A stretch of 64,000 nt of DNA from Myxococcota bacterium (lineage in GTDB: Bacteria > Myxococcota_A > UBA9160 > UBA4427): positions 1,216,001-1,280,000 of the forward strand of contig OZ252299.1 in assembly GCA_965250285.1 (NCBI GenBank), read 5' to 3'. Shown here piece by piece: positions 55,413 to 64,000 of the stretch. The notes beneath the pieces are model-generated. The model was given only the letters and a program-made list of their open reading frames with translations, did not search any database and was not told where the DNA came from. The stretch's first letter is position 1, and each line of letters opens with the position of its first letter. Position numbers and translations under genes: made by a program.

Positions 55413-56054
55413 TCAGTCGTGTCGCAGCCAGGTCTTGAGACGCTGCCGGGCGCGGAACGCGCGGCTCTTGGCGGCCGCCGATCCGATGCCGGCGCGGCTG
55501 GCGTAGGCGTCGTAGCTCTCGCCGGCGAGCGCACAGTGCTCGAGCACGTCGCGCTCGGGTTCGGGCAGGGCGGCGATGCCCGCCCGCAGTCGCCCGATGC
55601 GTTCACCTTCGAAGAGCGCGCGCGAAGGGTCGGCGTCGGGGTCGGCCTGGCGCTCGGGCTCGAAGCCGCTCTCGGCAGCGAGCTCGACGCGGCGACGACG
55701 TCGCGCCTCGCTGCGCAGCCACATCAGCCCCTCGTTCACGACGATCCGGTGAAGCCAGGTCGAGAAGCGCGCGCGGCCATCGAACGTGGCCACACCGCGC
55801 ACGGCCTTCTCGAACGCGCTCTGGACGACGTCTTCAGCGGCATCGGGGTTGCGCACCACACGGCGTGCGACCGCGATCATGCGCGGGCGAAGCGACGCGA
55901 GGGTCTCGTCGAGCCGCGACGGGTCGAACGCGGTCGGGCGCGGGGCCGGTTGGGGCTTTGCACGCACGAGGCGGTCGCGCCGTCGCGGCGCCGTGGCGGA
56001 TTCGGGAACCACGTCGAGTCGGGGCAGGTCGGGCGTCGAGTGCATCACATTCAT
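55413..56054 (-). CDS. ECF sigma factor
   Basis: DAAEDVVQSAF, FSTWLHRIVVN, LPEPER, AAKSRAFRAR. Confidence 0.9.
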   Translation of the reverse strand: MNVMHSTPDLPRLDVVPESATAPRRRDRLVRAKPQPAPRPTAFDPSRLDETLASLRPRMIAVARRVVRNPDAAEDVVQSAFEKAVRGVATFDGRARFSTWLHRIVVNEGLMWLRSEARRRRRVELAAESGFEPERQADPDADPSRALFEGERIGRLRAGIAALPEPERDVLEHCALAGESYDAYASRAGIGSAAAKSRAFRARQRLKTWLRHD

Positions 56055-56063
56055 CGACCAGCA

Positions 56064-56089
56064 CTACGGCCGCCGGCCGATCCGGTTAC
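56064..56089 (-). promoter_or_regulatory. ECF-type promoter GTAACC-N15-CGTAG for the minus-strand sigma gene
   Basis: Minus strand reads GTAACC ggatcggccggcggc CGTAG, 9 nt before ATG 56054. Confidence 0.7.
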
Positions 56090-56197
56090 GTCGGCGACGC
56101 CATTCGACCTGAATCCGGTGCGTCGCGAGCGGCGCGAGGCCGTCTCGGCCCGCACACGTGCGATGCGGAGTGGGGTGCGCAACGGGCCGAATCCGCC

Positions 56198-56223
56198 GTA
56201 ACCTCGCAGGGCGAACCGCGTAG
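56198..56223 (+). promoter_or_regulatory. ECF-type promoter GTAACC-N15-CGTAG for the plus-strand sigma gene
   Basis: GTAACC tcgcagggcgaaccg CGTAG, 7 nt before ATG 56231. Confidence 0.7.
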
Positions 56224-56230
56224 AACGAGG

Positions 56231-56848
56231 ATGGTGATGGCCGAGGTCGCCGACGGGGTCCAGGGGAACGCCCGCGAGGATGCCCGACGTGCAGAGCGTG
56301 AGGCCGAAGACGCGCGCTGGAGCGCGTGGATGGCCGCCGCCCAGGACGGCGACGGCGACGCCTACCGGCGGCTGCTCGAAGAGCTGCTGCCGGCCCTGCG
56401 ACGCATGGTGCGCGCACGGGTGTACGACCAGGAGAGCGCCGAAGACGTGGTTCAGAACACCCTGCTCTCGATCCACCGCGCCCGCCATACATACCGGCCC
56501 GAACGTTCCTTCGGGCCGTGGATGCGGGCCATCGCGCGCAACGCGATGATCGACTCGTTCCGCGAGAGCGGCCGGCGCGGTGAGCGCGAGGTCGGCGTCG
56601 ACTGGATCGACGACGTGCCCGCCGAGCCGCCGTCGTCGCGCACGAGCGAAGGGCTCGACCCGCGTCTGCAGGCCGCGCTCGAGCGCCTGCCCGACAAGCA
56701 GCGGCAGGCGGTCGAGATGATCCAGCTGCGCGAGCTCTCCGTGGCCGAGGCCGCGCTCGAGGCCGGGGTGTCGCCCGGTGCGCTCAAGGTGCGGGCTCAC
56801 CGGGGCTACCGCGCGCTGCGTCGCATGCTCGGGGGGGAAGGCTCATGA
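56231..56848 (+). CDS. ECF sigma factor (SigF/ECF16-like)
   Basis: WMAAAQDGDGDAYRRLL, EDVVQNTLLSIHRARHTY, ALKVRAHRG; followed by NrsF-like gene. Confidence 0.9.
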   Translation: MVMAEVADGVQGNAREDARRAEREAEDARWSAWMAAAQDGDGDAYRRLLEELLPALRRMVRARVYDQESAEDVVQNTLLSIHRARHTYRPERSFGPWMRAIARNAMIDSFRESGRRGEREVGVDWIDDVPAEPPSSRTSEGLDPRLQAALERLPDKQRQAVEMIQLRELSVAEAALEAGVSPGALKVRAHRGYRALRRMLGGEGS

Positions 56849-56924
56849 GCGCGCACGACGCGAACAGACGCCCCACGACGAGCGCTCAGGGGGCCGCGCA
56901 TCGCATGTGCGGGGGAGGTGGCTC

Positions 56925-57593
56925 GTGAGTGCGCCGGGTTCCGAACAGCACGACGCGACCGATCGCCTGCTCGATGCCCTCATCGACGACGCCGAGCCTG
57001 TCGAGCGGATCTATCCGATCGGCCGCGTGGCCGCCGGCGTGCTGGCGATCTACGTCGTGTGGTGGGGCGTCAGCGTCTGGATGATGGGCGGGATGCGCGA
57101 CGCCGCGAGCTTCGCCGAGGTGGTGGCCGATGGCTTCTTCGTCGGCCTCGTATCGAGCGTCGCGGGTGCGACCGGCGCAGCCCTCGCGTCACGCGAGCCC
57201 GGCCGGGAGCGCATGGCGCAAGGGGCCCTGGGGCTCGCGCTCGTGGGCGTCGCCGCGATGCTTGCGACCTTCCTCGTGCGGGTGGGCGACACGACCGACA
57301 CGTTCTCGACGAGCATGAGCGCGCACTGTCTGCTGAACGCGGCCCTGCTCGGGGGCCTGCCGGCCGGGGTGCTGCTCGTCGTGGCGCTCGGCGGCTGGCG
57401 CGGGCGGCCGGTGATGACCTCGCTCACGGCCGCGACCAGCGGGGCGGCGCTCGGGGCGATTGCCGTACACATGACGTGTCCGGCCCAGGGCGCCTGGCAC
57501 ATCCTGCTGGGCCACTACGTGCTGCCGCTCGGCGCCGCGCTCGCCGTCGGCGGTGCGGGCGCCTTCGTGTGGCGGTGGTGGACGAACCGCTGA
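56925..57593 (+). CDS. NrsF/DUF1109-like multi-TM anti-sigma factor
   Basis: GTG with GGAGG RBS; TDRLLDAL..AEPV N-terminus, about 6 TM segments, HC and HMTCP..H motifs. Confidence 0.75.
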   Translation: MSAPGSEQHDATDRLLDALIDDAEPVERIYPIGRVAAGVLAIYVVWWGVSVWMMGGMRDAASFAEVVADGFFVGLVSSVAGATGAALASREPGRERMAQGALGLALVGVAAMLATFLVRVGDTTDTFSTSMSAHCLLNAALLGGLPAGVLLVVALGGWRGRPVMTSLTAATSGAALGAIAVHMTCPAQGAWHILLGHYVLPLGAALAVGGAGAFVWRWWTNR

Positions 57594-57662
57594 GTCGAGG
57601 CGCACTCGGGCGCGATCGGCGGCATCGCTGATCGAGATGGGCCGAGCTAATCTGCGCCGCCG

Positions 57663-58253
57663 ATGTCCGACCACAGCGGCGAATTGATCCTCATTCGACA
57701 TGCCCAGAGCGAGTGGAACGCGGCCGGCCGCTGGCAGGGTCACGCCGATCCGCCGCTGTCGGCGCTCGGCGAGGAACAGGCGCTCAAGCTGGCGGCCGAG
57801 CTCGCCGGCGAGCGGGCCGACCGGCTCTTCGCGAGCGATCTGCGCCGCGCGCTGCAGACCGCAGAGCCGATCGGCGCGCGGTTCGATCTCGCGATCACGA
57901 TCGAGGACGCCTTTCGCGAGCTCGACGTCGGGCGTTGGTCGGGGCTCACGCGCGAAGAGATCCATGCGCGCGAGCCCGAGCTGCTCGCCGAGTTCGAGAC
58001 CGGCGATCCGCACATCCGGCCGGGCAGCGGCGAGACCCGGGCCGAGCTGCGGCAGCGGGCGCGCGATCGCATGGCGCTGATGGCAGCCGAGCACCCCGGC
58101 GAGCGCATCATCATCGTGACCCACCTCGGCTTCATCCGCGCGCTGCTCCCCGAGGCCGAGCCTGAGAATGCGAGTGCGCTGCGGGTGAGCATGGAGCGGG
58201 CGCTCACGGCCCGCGACCCGGGCGTCGCCGCGGAGCAGGTCGGGCCGCTCTGA
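57663..58253 (+). CDS. Histidine phosphatase (phosphoglycerate mutase family)
   Basis: LIRHAQSEWN, WQGHADPPLS, SDLRRALQTA, ELDVGRWSG, VTHLG. Confidence 0.9.
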   Translation: MSDHSGELILIRHAQSEWNAAGRWQGHADPPLSALGEEQALKLAAELAGERADRLFASDLRRALQTAEPIGARFDLAITIEDAFRELDVGRWSGLTREEIHAREPELLAEFETGDPHIRPGSGETRAELRQRARDRMALMAAEHPGERIIIVTHLGFIRALLPEAEPENASALRVSMERALTARDPGVAAEQVGPL

Positions 58254-58289
58254 CCCGTCCAACCATCGCCCATCGAGGCGGCCTCTCGC

Positions 58290-59000
58290 TCAGAGGTGAG
58301 CCAGCCCGACCAGTCGACCGATCGCAGCCGTCACGGCCATCGCGAGGGCGCCCCAGAAGACGACGCGCACCGTGGCGCGTGCCGGTGCGGCCCCGCCCGT
58401 GCGGGCCGAAGCGAAGCCGAGCACGACGAGCATGCCGAGCGCAACGCCCGTGACCCCAGGCATGAGCCAGGTCGGCGGCAGCGCCACGGTCGTGAGGACC
58501 GGGAGGAGCCCGCCGACGCTGAAGGTCAGCGCCGATACGAGCGCCGCGGCGACGGGCCGGGCTGCCGTCACCTCGGTGAGTCCGATCTCGTCGCGTGCAT
58601 GGGCGTCGAGCGCATCGCGTGCCATCAGCTGTCGCGCGACGAGGCGCGCGACGTCGGGGTCCACTCCCCGGTGCTCATAGATCGTTGCCAGCTCGTCGAG
58701 CTCGGCATGGGGATGCGCATCGAGCTCGGCCCGCTCCCAGTCGAGGTCGGCCTTCACCGAGTCGCGCTGGGCCGAGACCGAGACGTACTCGCCCGCCGCC
58801 ATCGACATGGCCCCGGCGATGACCGCCGCGATGCCGGCGGTGAGAATGGCATCGATGCCCGCGCCCGCGGCGGCGACGCCGACCAGCAGACTCGCCGTCG
58901 AGATGATGCCGTCGTTCGCGCCCATGACGGCGGCGCGCAGCCAGCCGAGCTTGAACGCGTGGTGATCCTCGGGCAGGTGGCGATGCGCCGGTGAGCTCAG
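58290..59000 (-). CDS. VIT1/CCC1-family Fe/Mn transporter (probable CTG start)
   Basis: GWLRAAVMGANDG, AGAMSMAAGEYVSV, HARDEIG; conserved motif extends upstream of the first ATG. Confidence 0.88.
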   Translation of the reverse strand: MSSPAHRHLPEDHHAFKLGWLRAAVMGANDGIISTASLLVGVAAAGAGIDAILTAGIAAVIAGAMSMAAGEYVSVSAQRDSVKADLDWERAELDAHPHAELDELATIYEHRGVDPDVARLVARQLMARDALDAHARDEIGLTEVTAARPVAAALVSALTFSVGGLLPVLTTVALPPTWLMPGVTGVALGMLVVLGFASARTGGAAPARATVRVVFWGALAMAVTAAIGRLVGLAHL

Positions 59001-59012
59001 GGTGGGTCTCCC

Positions 59013-59462
59013 TCAGTCGTGATCGCCGCCGTGTGTCTCTTCGCCGAACGTCGCGATCAGTCCGGCCAGGAGCGCGGCCCGCTCCTCCCCCTCGAGGTCG
59101 GCCTCGGGGTGGGCGAGCAGATAGAGGATCGGGGGCATCTCGCCCTCGCGCAGCATCTCGGCGGCCTCGTCGGCATCCTGCTTGCCCTGGCCCCATCGCG
59201 AGACGTTGAAGTGCGATCGCGCCTCGTCGACGTCGTGCTGCATGAGCCAGGAGACCGGAGCCACGTTCGCGTACGCGGGCCACACGGTTTCGTTGCTGTG
59301 GCAGTCGCCGCAGGCGCGCATGAACAGCGCGCGCGTCTCGGGCGCGTTCCACTCGGGCTCGGCGACGACCGCGGGATTCTCATGGTCGCGGCCGTACGGA
59401 ACGAGCTGGATCGCGATGAAGCCGGCGAGGGCGGCGAGGGCGATCTGGGTGGGCCGGGCCAT
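59013..59462 (-). CDS. Haem-binding domain cytochrome c protein
   Basis: N-terminal anchor, RACGDCHSNETVWP, APVSW, EMPP. Confidence 0.85.
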   Translation of the reverse strand: MARPTQIALAALAGFIAIQLVPYGRDHENPAVVAEPEWNAPETRALFMRACGDCHSNETVWPAYANVAPVSWLMQHDVDEARSHFNVSRWGQGKQDADEAAEMLREGEMPPILYLLAHPEADLEGEERAALLAGLIATFGEETHGGDHD

Positions 59463-59473
59463 TCGATCCCCCT

Positions 59474-61165
59474 TTAGGCCGATGCGTTCGTGGTGCGCGC
59501 GCGCAGCTGACTGCGCTCAGCGACCAGCATCTTCAGCCCTTCGAGCGTGATCCAGACATCGAGCGCCAGGATCAGCGTGCCCGAGAGGGCGAGCAACCAC
59601 AGCGACCCGAAGTCGGCATAGTAGTTGATCAGGTTGCCGACCATCGCGAACGCCGTGGCCGTCGTGACGAAGAGCATCGGGACGATGGTGTACACGATCG
59701 GTCGACCCAGGCGCTGCAGCCAGATCGAGACGATCAGCAGCGTCACGCCGGCCACCAGCTGGTTGGTGGTGCCGAAGAGCGGCCAGAGGGCAAGACCGCC
59801 CTTGCCCCCGCCCTGCGTGATCGCGAGCAGCAGCGCGGCGCCGATCCCGATCGCGCCGGCGAGGAACCGATTGTCGAGCTGCTTGATCCCGTAGGCTTCG
59901 CCGAGCTCGCTGATCACGAGGCGCTGGATCCGCGCGCCGGTATCGAGCGACGTCGCAGCGAATGCGATCACCATCACGGCCATGAACGTCTCGGCGCCGG
60001 CGCGCGGAATGCCGAGCGCCGAGACGAACGTACCGCCGCCCGAGACGAAGGCGCCGAGCTTGGCCGCGAGCCCATTGGCCGCGCCCCAGCTCGCGTAGTG
60101 CGAGCTCCAGTGGTCCATGCTCGAGAAGCCCGCCGTCGCGGCGAGGGTCGCGAGCAGGGCGAGGCCGCCCTCGGCGAGCATCGCGCCGTAGCCGATCGGA
60201 CGGGCGTCGGTGGCGCAGGCGAGCTGCTTCGAGGTCGTACCGCTCGAGACGAGACCGTGGAAGCCGCTGATGGCGCCACATGCGATCGTGACGAACAGGA
60301 ACGGGATCATCGGCGGGGCACCTTCGGGCGAGGGGTTGTACGCCGGCGCCACGATCGTCGGCTGCAGCACGAAGAGCCCCGCCGTCAGGATGCACAGCCC
60401 GGTGACCAGCTGATGGCTGTTGAGATAGTCGCGGGGCTGCAGCAGCAGCCACACCGGCAGCACCGAGGCGACGAACGAGTACCCGAGCAGCAGCCAGACC
60501 CAGGTCGATACCGAGACGGTCTGGATCGCCGGAAACGCCTCGGCGAAGTCGTTGCCGAAGCCGATGGCCGTGAGCAGCAGACCAAAACCCACGAGCGAGG
60601 GCCAGAGCAGCGGCCAGCCCTTGCGGTGCACGCCCCAACCGAGTGTCATCGCCACGATGATCTGCACGTTGATCGGGAAGATCGAGCCCGGGTTGCTCTT
60701 GAAGAGCGTGCCGATGATGTAGGCGAACACCGCGAGCACGACCCAGATGAGCAGCGAGATCGTGACGAGGAAGAGCGTGCGGATGCGCGGCCCGACGACC
60801 TCGCCCGCCACCTCGCCGATCGAGCGGCCGCGGTGGCGGGCGCTGATGACCAGTGCAGAGAAGTCGTGGGCGGCGCCCATGAACAGGGTTCCGATCGACA
60901 CCCAGAGCAGCGCGGGCAGCCAGCCCCAGATGACGGCGATGGCCGGGCCGACGATCGGGGCCGCCCCGGCGATCGAGGCGAAGTGGTGGCCCCAGAGCAC
61001 CGACTTGCGGGTCGGCAGGTAGTCGACGCCGTCTTCGAACTCGCGCGACGGCATCGGCTCGTCGTCGCGCAGCCGAAAGATCGAGTCGGCGAGGAAGCGG
61101 CTGTAGTAGCGATAGCCGAGGCCGTAGATCGCGATCACGATGAAGGCGAGCACCGCAGCGTTCAT
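59474..61165 (-). CDS. cstA: Carbon starvation protein A family transporter
   Basis: DGVDY, GHHFASIAGAAPIVGP, LPVWLLLQPRDY, IACGAISGFH, WPLFGTTNQL. Confidence 0.94.
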   Translation of the reverse strand: MNAAVLAFIVIAIYGLGYRYYSRFLADSIFRLRDDEPMPSREFEDGVDYLPTRKSVLWGHHFASIAGAAPIVGPAIAVIWGWLPALLWVSIGTLFMGAAHDFSALVISARHRGRSIGEVAGEVVGPRIRTLFLVTISLLIWVVLAVFAYIIGTLFKSNPGSIFPINVQIIVAMTLGWGVHRKGWPLLWPSLVGFGLLLTAIGFGNDFAEAFPAIQTVSVSTWVWLLLGYSFVASVLPVWLLLQPRDYLNSHQLVTGLCILTAGLFVLQPTIVAPAYNPSPEGAPPMIPFLFVTIACGAISGFHGLVSSGTTSKQLACATDARPIGYGAMLAEGGLALLATLAATAGFSSMDHWSSHYASWGAANGLAAKLGAFVSGGGTFVSALGIPRAGAETFMAVMVIAFAATSLDTGARIQRLVISELGEAYGIKQLDNRFLAGAIGIGAALLLAITQGGGKGGLALWPLFGTTNQLVAGVTLLIVSIWLQRLGRPIVYTIVPMLFVTTATAFAMVGNLINYYADFGSLWLLALSGTLILALDVWITLEGLKMLVAERSQLRARTTNASA

Positions 61166-61235
61166 GCGTCGCGGCCTCGCTCGGCCGGAGCATGGGGGCA
61201 GGCGACCCCCGCCGTGGCCGCGCGCGTGCGCTCGG

Positions 61236-62969
61236 TCATGCGCCGAGCTCCTCCTGCGCGAAGGGCACGGCCCCTTCGCCGCGCAGCAGGTTCTTCAGGA
61301 TCTTGCCCGCCGGGTTTCGGGCGAGCGGCTCGGTGCGGTAGGTGAATCGCTCGGGCACCTTGAACGGCGCCAGGTGTGCCCCGACGTGACTCTGCAGCTC
61401 GGCGTCGGTCACGCGGGCCCCGGGCTTCGTCACGACGACGGCGTGCACGCGCTCCCCGAGGTCGGGACAGGGGTCGCCGATGATCGCGGCCTCGTCGACG
61501 GCCGCGTGATCGGCGAGGCAGGCCTCGATCTCCTGGCAGTACACGTTCTCGCCCCCGCGGATGATCATGTCCTTCGCGCGATCGGCGACGAAGAAGAAGC
61601 CGTCTTCGTCCTCGTAGCCGACGTCGCCCGTCCAGAGCCAGCCGTCGCGCACGGTCTCGGCCGTGGCTTCGGGGCGGTTCCAGTAACCGGGCGTGACCAG
61701 CGGGCCGGCGAACGTGATCTCGCCGAGCTCGCCGGTGGGCACCGGCGCGCCGTCTTCGTTTCGGATCACGAGATCCATGAGCGGCATCGGCCGGCCCACC
61801 GACTTCATCTTGTCGAGCAGGTTCTTGCCGCCGTTCACCGTGGCGACGCCGTGGGTCTCGGTGAGCCCGTAGGCATTGGTGAAGCTCGGCTCGATCGGCA
61901 GCACGGCGCGCGCCTTCTCGATGGTCTCGGGCGGCGTCGGCGCGCCGCCGAACGAGACCGAGCGCAGGCTCGACAGGTCGTAGTCGCCGACCTTCTCGTG
62001 ATGCACGACGCGGTGGAGCATCGTCGGGATCGCGCCCCAGTTGACGACCTGCTCCGCCTGAATCAGCTGCATCACCTGCTCGGGCTCGAAGCGGCCCTCG
62101 GTGAAGACGAGCCTGGCGCCGGCCGTCATCCCGGCGCAGAACCCCGAGTGCAGGCCGCCGACGTGGAAGAGCGGCGACGACATGAGATTTACGAGCGCCG
62201 GCTTCTTGCCGGTCGCCTCGCCCTGCTGGGCCCGGGATTGCGTCGCGCCCGTCAGCGCGCCCGCGACCTGGGCGAAGAGGATGCCGGTCACCTGGGCGAT
62301 GGTGCCGCGATGGGTGGTGATGCAGCCCTTCGGTCGACCCGTCGTGCCCGACGTGTAGAGAATGACGAATGGATCGTCTTCGTCGATCGGCACGTCGGGC
62401 GGCGTCGGGTGCTCGACGATGACGTCCTCGACCGGCACCGTGCCCTTCGGCGCGCTCGCGCCGATGTAGATCACCGCCTCGAGCGTCTCGATCTTCTCGA
62501 GGACGGGCTGGGCCCGCGGGTACAAGCGTTCGTCGACGATGAGCACCTTGCTGCCGCTGTCGCGCAGGCCGTACTCGATCTCTTCGGCGGTCCACCAGCC
62601 ATTCAGGCCGACGCCCACGCCGCCGGCGCTGACGGCCCCGAAGAGCGCAATCAGCCACTCGGGGCAGTTGTACGAGAGCACCGCGAGGCGATCGCCCTTC
62701 GCGAAGCCGAACTGCTTCGTGAGGACGTCCGCCGTGCCCCACACCCGCCGGCCGAACTCGCCATACGAGATGCGCCGATCGCCCTGGATCATGAATTCGG
62801 CGTCGCCCCGCTGCGCCGCGTTCGCGACCTTCTCGCGCATCGAGCGTTCGCGGTTCTTCCAGTTTCGCATCGCGCGGCCGCCGACGTCGCTCGACGCGAT
62901 CTCGAAGGGGCCTCCGGGCCCGGTCAGCTGGGCGACGGCCTGCGCGTAGGTCGGGGGGGCGTCGGACAT
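61236..62969 (-). CDS. Long-chain fatty acid-CoA ligase
   Basis: LYTSGTTGRPKG, PLFHVGG, AYGLTET, WTGDVG, DRAKDMIIRGGENVY. Confidence 0.92.
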   Translation of the reverse strand: MSDAPPTYAQAVAQLTGPGGPFEIASSDVGGRAMRNWKNRERSMREKVANAAQRGDAEFMIQGDRRISYGEFGRRVWGTADVLTKQFGFAKGDRLAVLSYNCPEWLIALFGAVSAGGVGVGLNGWWTAEEIEYGLRDSGSKVLIVDERLYPRAQPVLEKIETLEAVIYIGASAPKGTVPVEDVIVEHPTPPDVPIDEDDPFVILYTSGTTGRPKGCITTHRGTIAQVTGILFAQVAGALTGATQSRAQQGEATGKKPALVNLMSSPLFHVGGLHSGFCAGMTAGARLVFTEGRFEPEQVMQLIQAEQVVNWGAIPTMLHRVVHHEKVGDYDLSSLRSVSFGGAPTPPETIEKARAVLPIEPSFTNAYGLTETHGVATVNGGKNLLDKMKSVGRPMPLMDLVIRNEDGAPVPTGELGEITFAGPLVTPGYWNRPEATAETVRDGWLWTGDVGYEDEDGFFFVADRAKDMIIRGGENVYCQEIEACLADHAAVDEAAIIGDPCPDLGERVHAVVVTKPGARVTDAELQSHVGAHLAPFKVPERFTYRTEPLARNPAGKILKNLLRGEGAVPFAQEELGA

Positions 62970-63078
62970 GATGGGCGCATCACTCCTGTTTCGTCTGGCC
63001 GAGAAGGCGAGGCCGCCCACGACGCGGCGGCGGCGAAGGGGTGCATCGGGTCTCGGTGGGGAAGTGGCGCTCAGGGTA

Positions 63079-63633
63079 TCACGCGGGCGGCGGGGGCGTG
63101 CGCGGGGGCGTGGACGCAGGCGGAGACGTGTCCTCGCCCGGCTCCCCCCAGCCGGGGATGCCGAGCCAGCGTCCACCGGCGATCGTGGCGCACGTGACCG
63201 CCAGCGTGATCGCGATCGCCGCGCCCGCGACATCGAGGCCGACGTCGAAGGCCGACCCGGTTCGGTCGGCGAGTGTCGCCTGACGGCGTTCGTCGAGGAC
63301 CGCGAGCAGCGTCGAGAAGGCCAGCGCCGTCACGCACGACAGCACCACCGGTGCTCGGCCGTACCGAAGCCGCTGTCGCACGTCGACGTAGCGCAGCGCG
63401 AGCACGGCAAAGACGCCGTACTCGATCGGGTGCGCGAGCTTGCGGATCGCCGCGACCCATCCGGCCCTCTCTTCGGGCGACGCGTCGGGCAGCAGCCACT
63501 CGAGCAAGGGGCCGAGGATGCGCGACGTCTCGGCCGCGCTGAAGTCGCTGCTGCCGAGCACCCAGATGAGGCTCGCCCACGCGAGCGCGAGCCCACCGTC
63601 GAGCCAGATGCGTTTCTCGTCCGAGAGTGCCAT
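63079..63633 (-). CDS. VanZ-family membrane protein
   Basis: IRKLAHPIEYGV, DERRQ, RTGSAFDVGLDVAG. Confidence 0.85.
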   Translation of the reverse strand: MALSDEKRIWLDGGLALAWASLIWVLGSSDFSAAETSRILGPLLEWLLPDASPEERAGWVAAIRKLAHPIEYGVFAVLALRYVDVRQRLRYGRAPVVLSCVTALAFSTLLAVLDERRQATLADRTGSAFDVGLDVAGAAIAITLAVTCATIAGGRWLGIPGWGEPGEDTSPPASTPPRTPPPPA

Positions 63634-63674
63634 GCGAAGTCGTCCGTTCGGCGCGTAGGGTAGTGTCCCGAGCG

Positions 63675-64000
63675 ATGTCGACCAGTGAACCGCGCACCGT
63701 CGGTCTCGTGTTCGAGACCTTCGACAGCTACGACCGAGCCGACCGCGACCCCGCCGACTGGCACGTCGAGTACGAGCCCGAAGCCACGATCGATGGACTC
63801 GCCGCTGCGCTCGAGTCGCGCGGGCACACGGTCGCCCGGCTCGGCACCCCGCACGCACTGCTGGAGCGCGTGGGTCGGGGTGAGCTGCCGAGGCTCGACG
63901 CGGCGCTCTGCATCGCCGAGGGCTTCGGCTCGCGCAACCGCGAAGCCTGGGGCCCGACGGTGCTCGAGATGGCGGGTGTGCCGCTGCTCGGCAGCGATGC
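63675..64000 (+). CDS. D-alanine--D-alanine ligase-like ATP-grasp protein (partial, runs off window end)
   Basis: EYEPEATID..ALESRGH..CIAEGFGSRNREA..LEMAGVPLLGSD. Confidence 0.75.
   Translation, partial: MSTSEPRTVGLVFETFDSYDRADRDPADWHVEYEPEATIDGLAAALESRGHTVARLGTPHALLERVGRGELPRLDAALCIAEGFGSRNREAWGPTVLEMAGVPLLGSD

Noticed and set aside
55413..59015. TGA recoding suggested by two in-frame gene pairs separated by TGA
   Set aside because: TGA ends most conserved genes at the expected positions, often overlapping the next start; in-frame neighbours arise by chance about one time in three

Overview
High-GC bacterial chromosomal window, probably Myxococcota/Deltaproteobacteria-like (inferred from RpoA N-terminus, PilT paralogue, PilZ and PEP-CTERM proteins). 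It is mostly housekeeping: end of the alpha operon (rpsD-rpoA-rplQ), tlpA/ftsB/SPOR/rfbD/lepA/lepB, a PyrR-controlled pyrR-pyrB-pyrC-carA-carB operon, recG, leuA, aminotransferase-hom-thrC, mgtE, khpA, rpoZ, a nucleoside-type ABC transporter, amidase-rph-rdgB, two divergent ECF sigma factors, VIT1, cstA and acyl-CoA ligases. I saw no rRNA, tRNA, CRISPR array, integrase or transposase. Most notable: (1) a 947-aa secreted PEP-CTERM pentapeptide-repeat protein with about nine Cys-bracketed, sequence-diverse acidic loops; (2) a signal-peptide-bearing full-length Nma111/DEG7-type double HtrA protease next to a plant-like ThrC; (3) a stand-alone 93-aa, 63% Lys+Arg histone-H1/protamine-like gene near bS22, rpoZ and khpA; (4) a histidine kinase with His replaced by Arg behind a pilT-family gene; (5) matching GTAACC-N15-CGTAG promoters for both divergent ECF sigma genes; (6) unannotated leader peptides/attenuators, a probable CTG-initiated gene and several gene-end tandem duplications. 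Family calls come from motif recognition by eye; no database searches were run.
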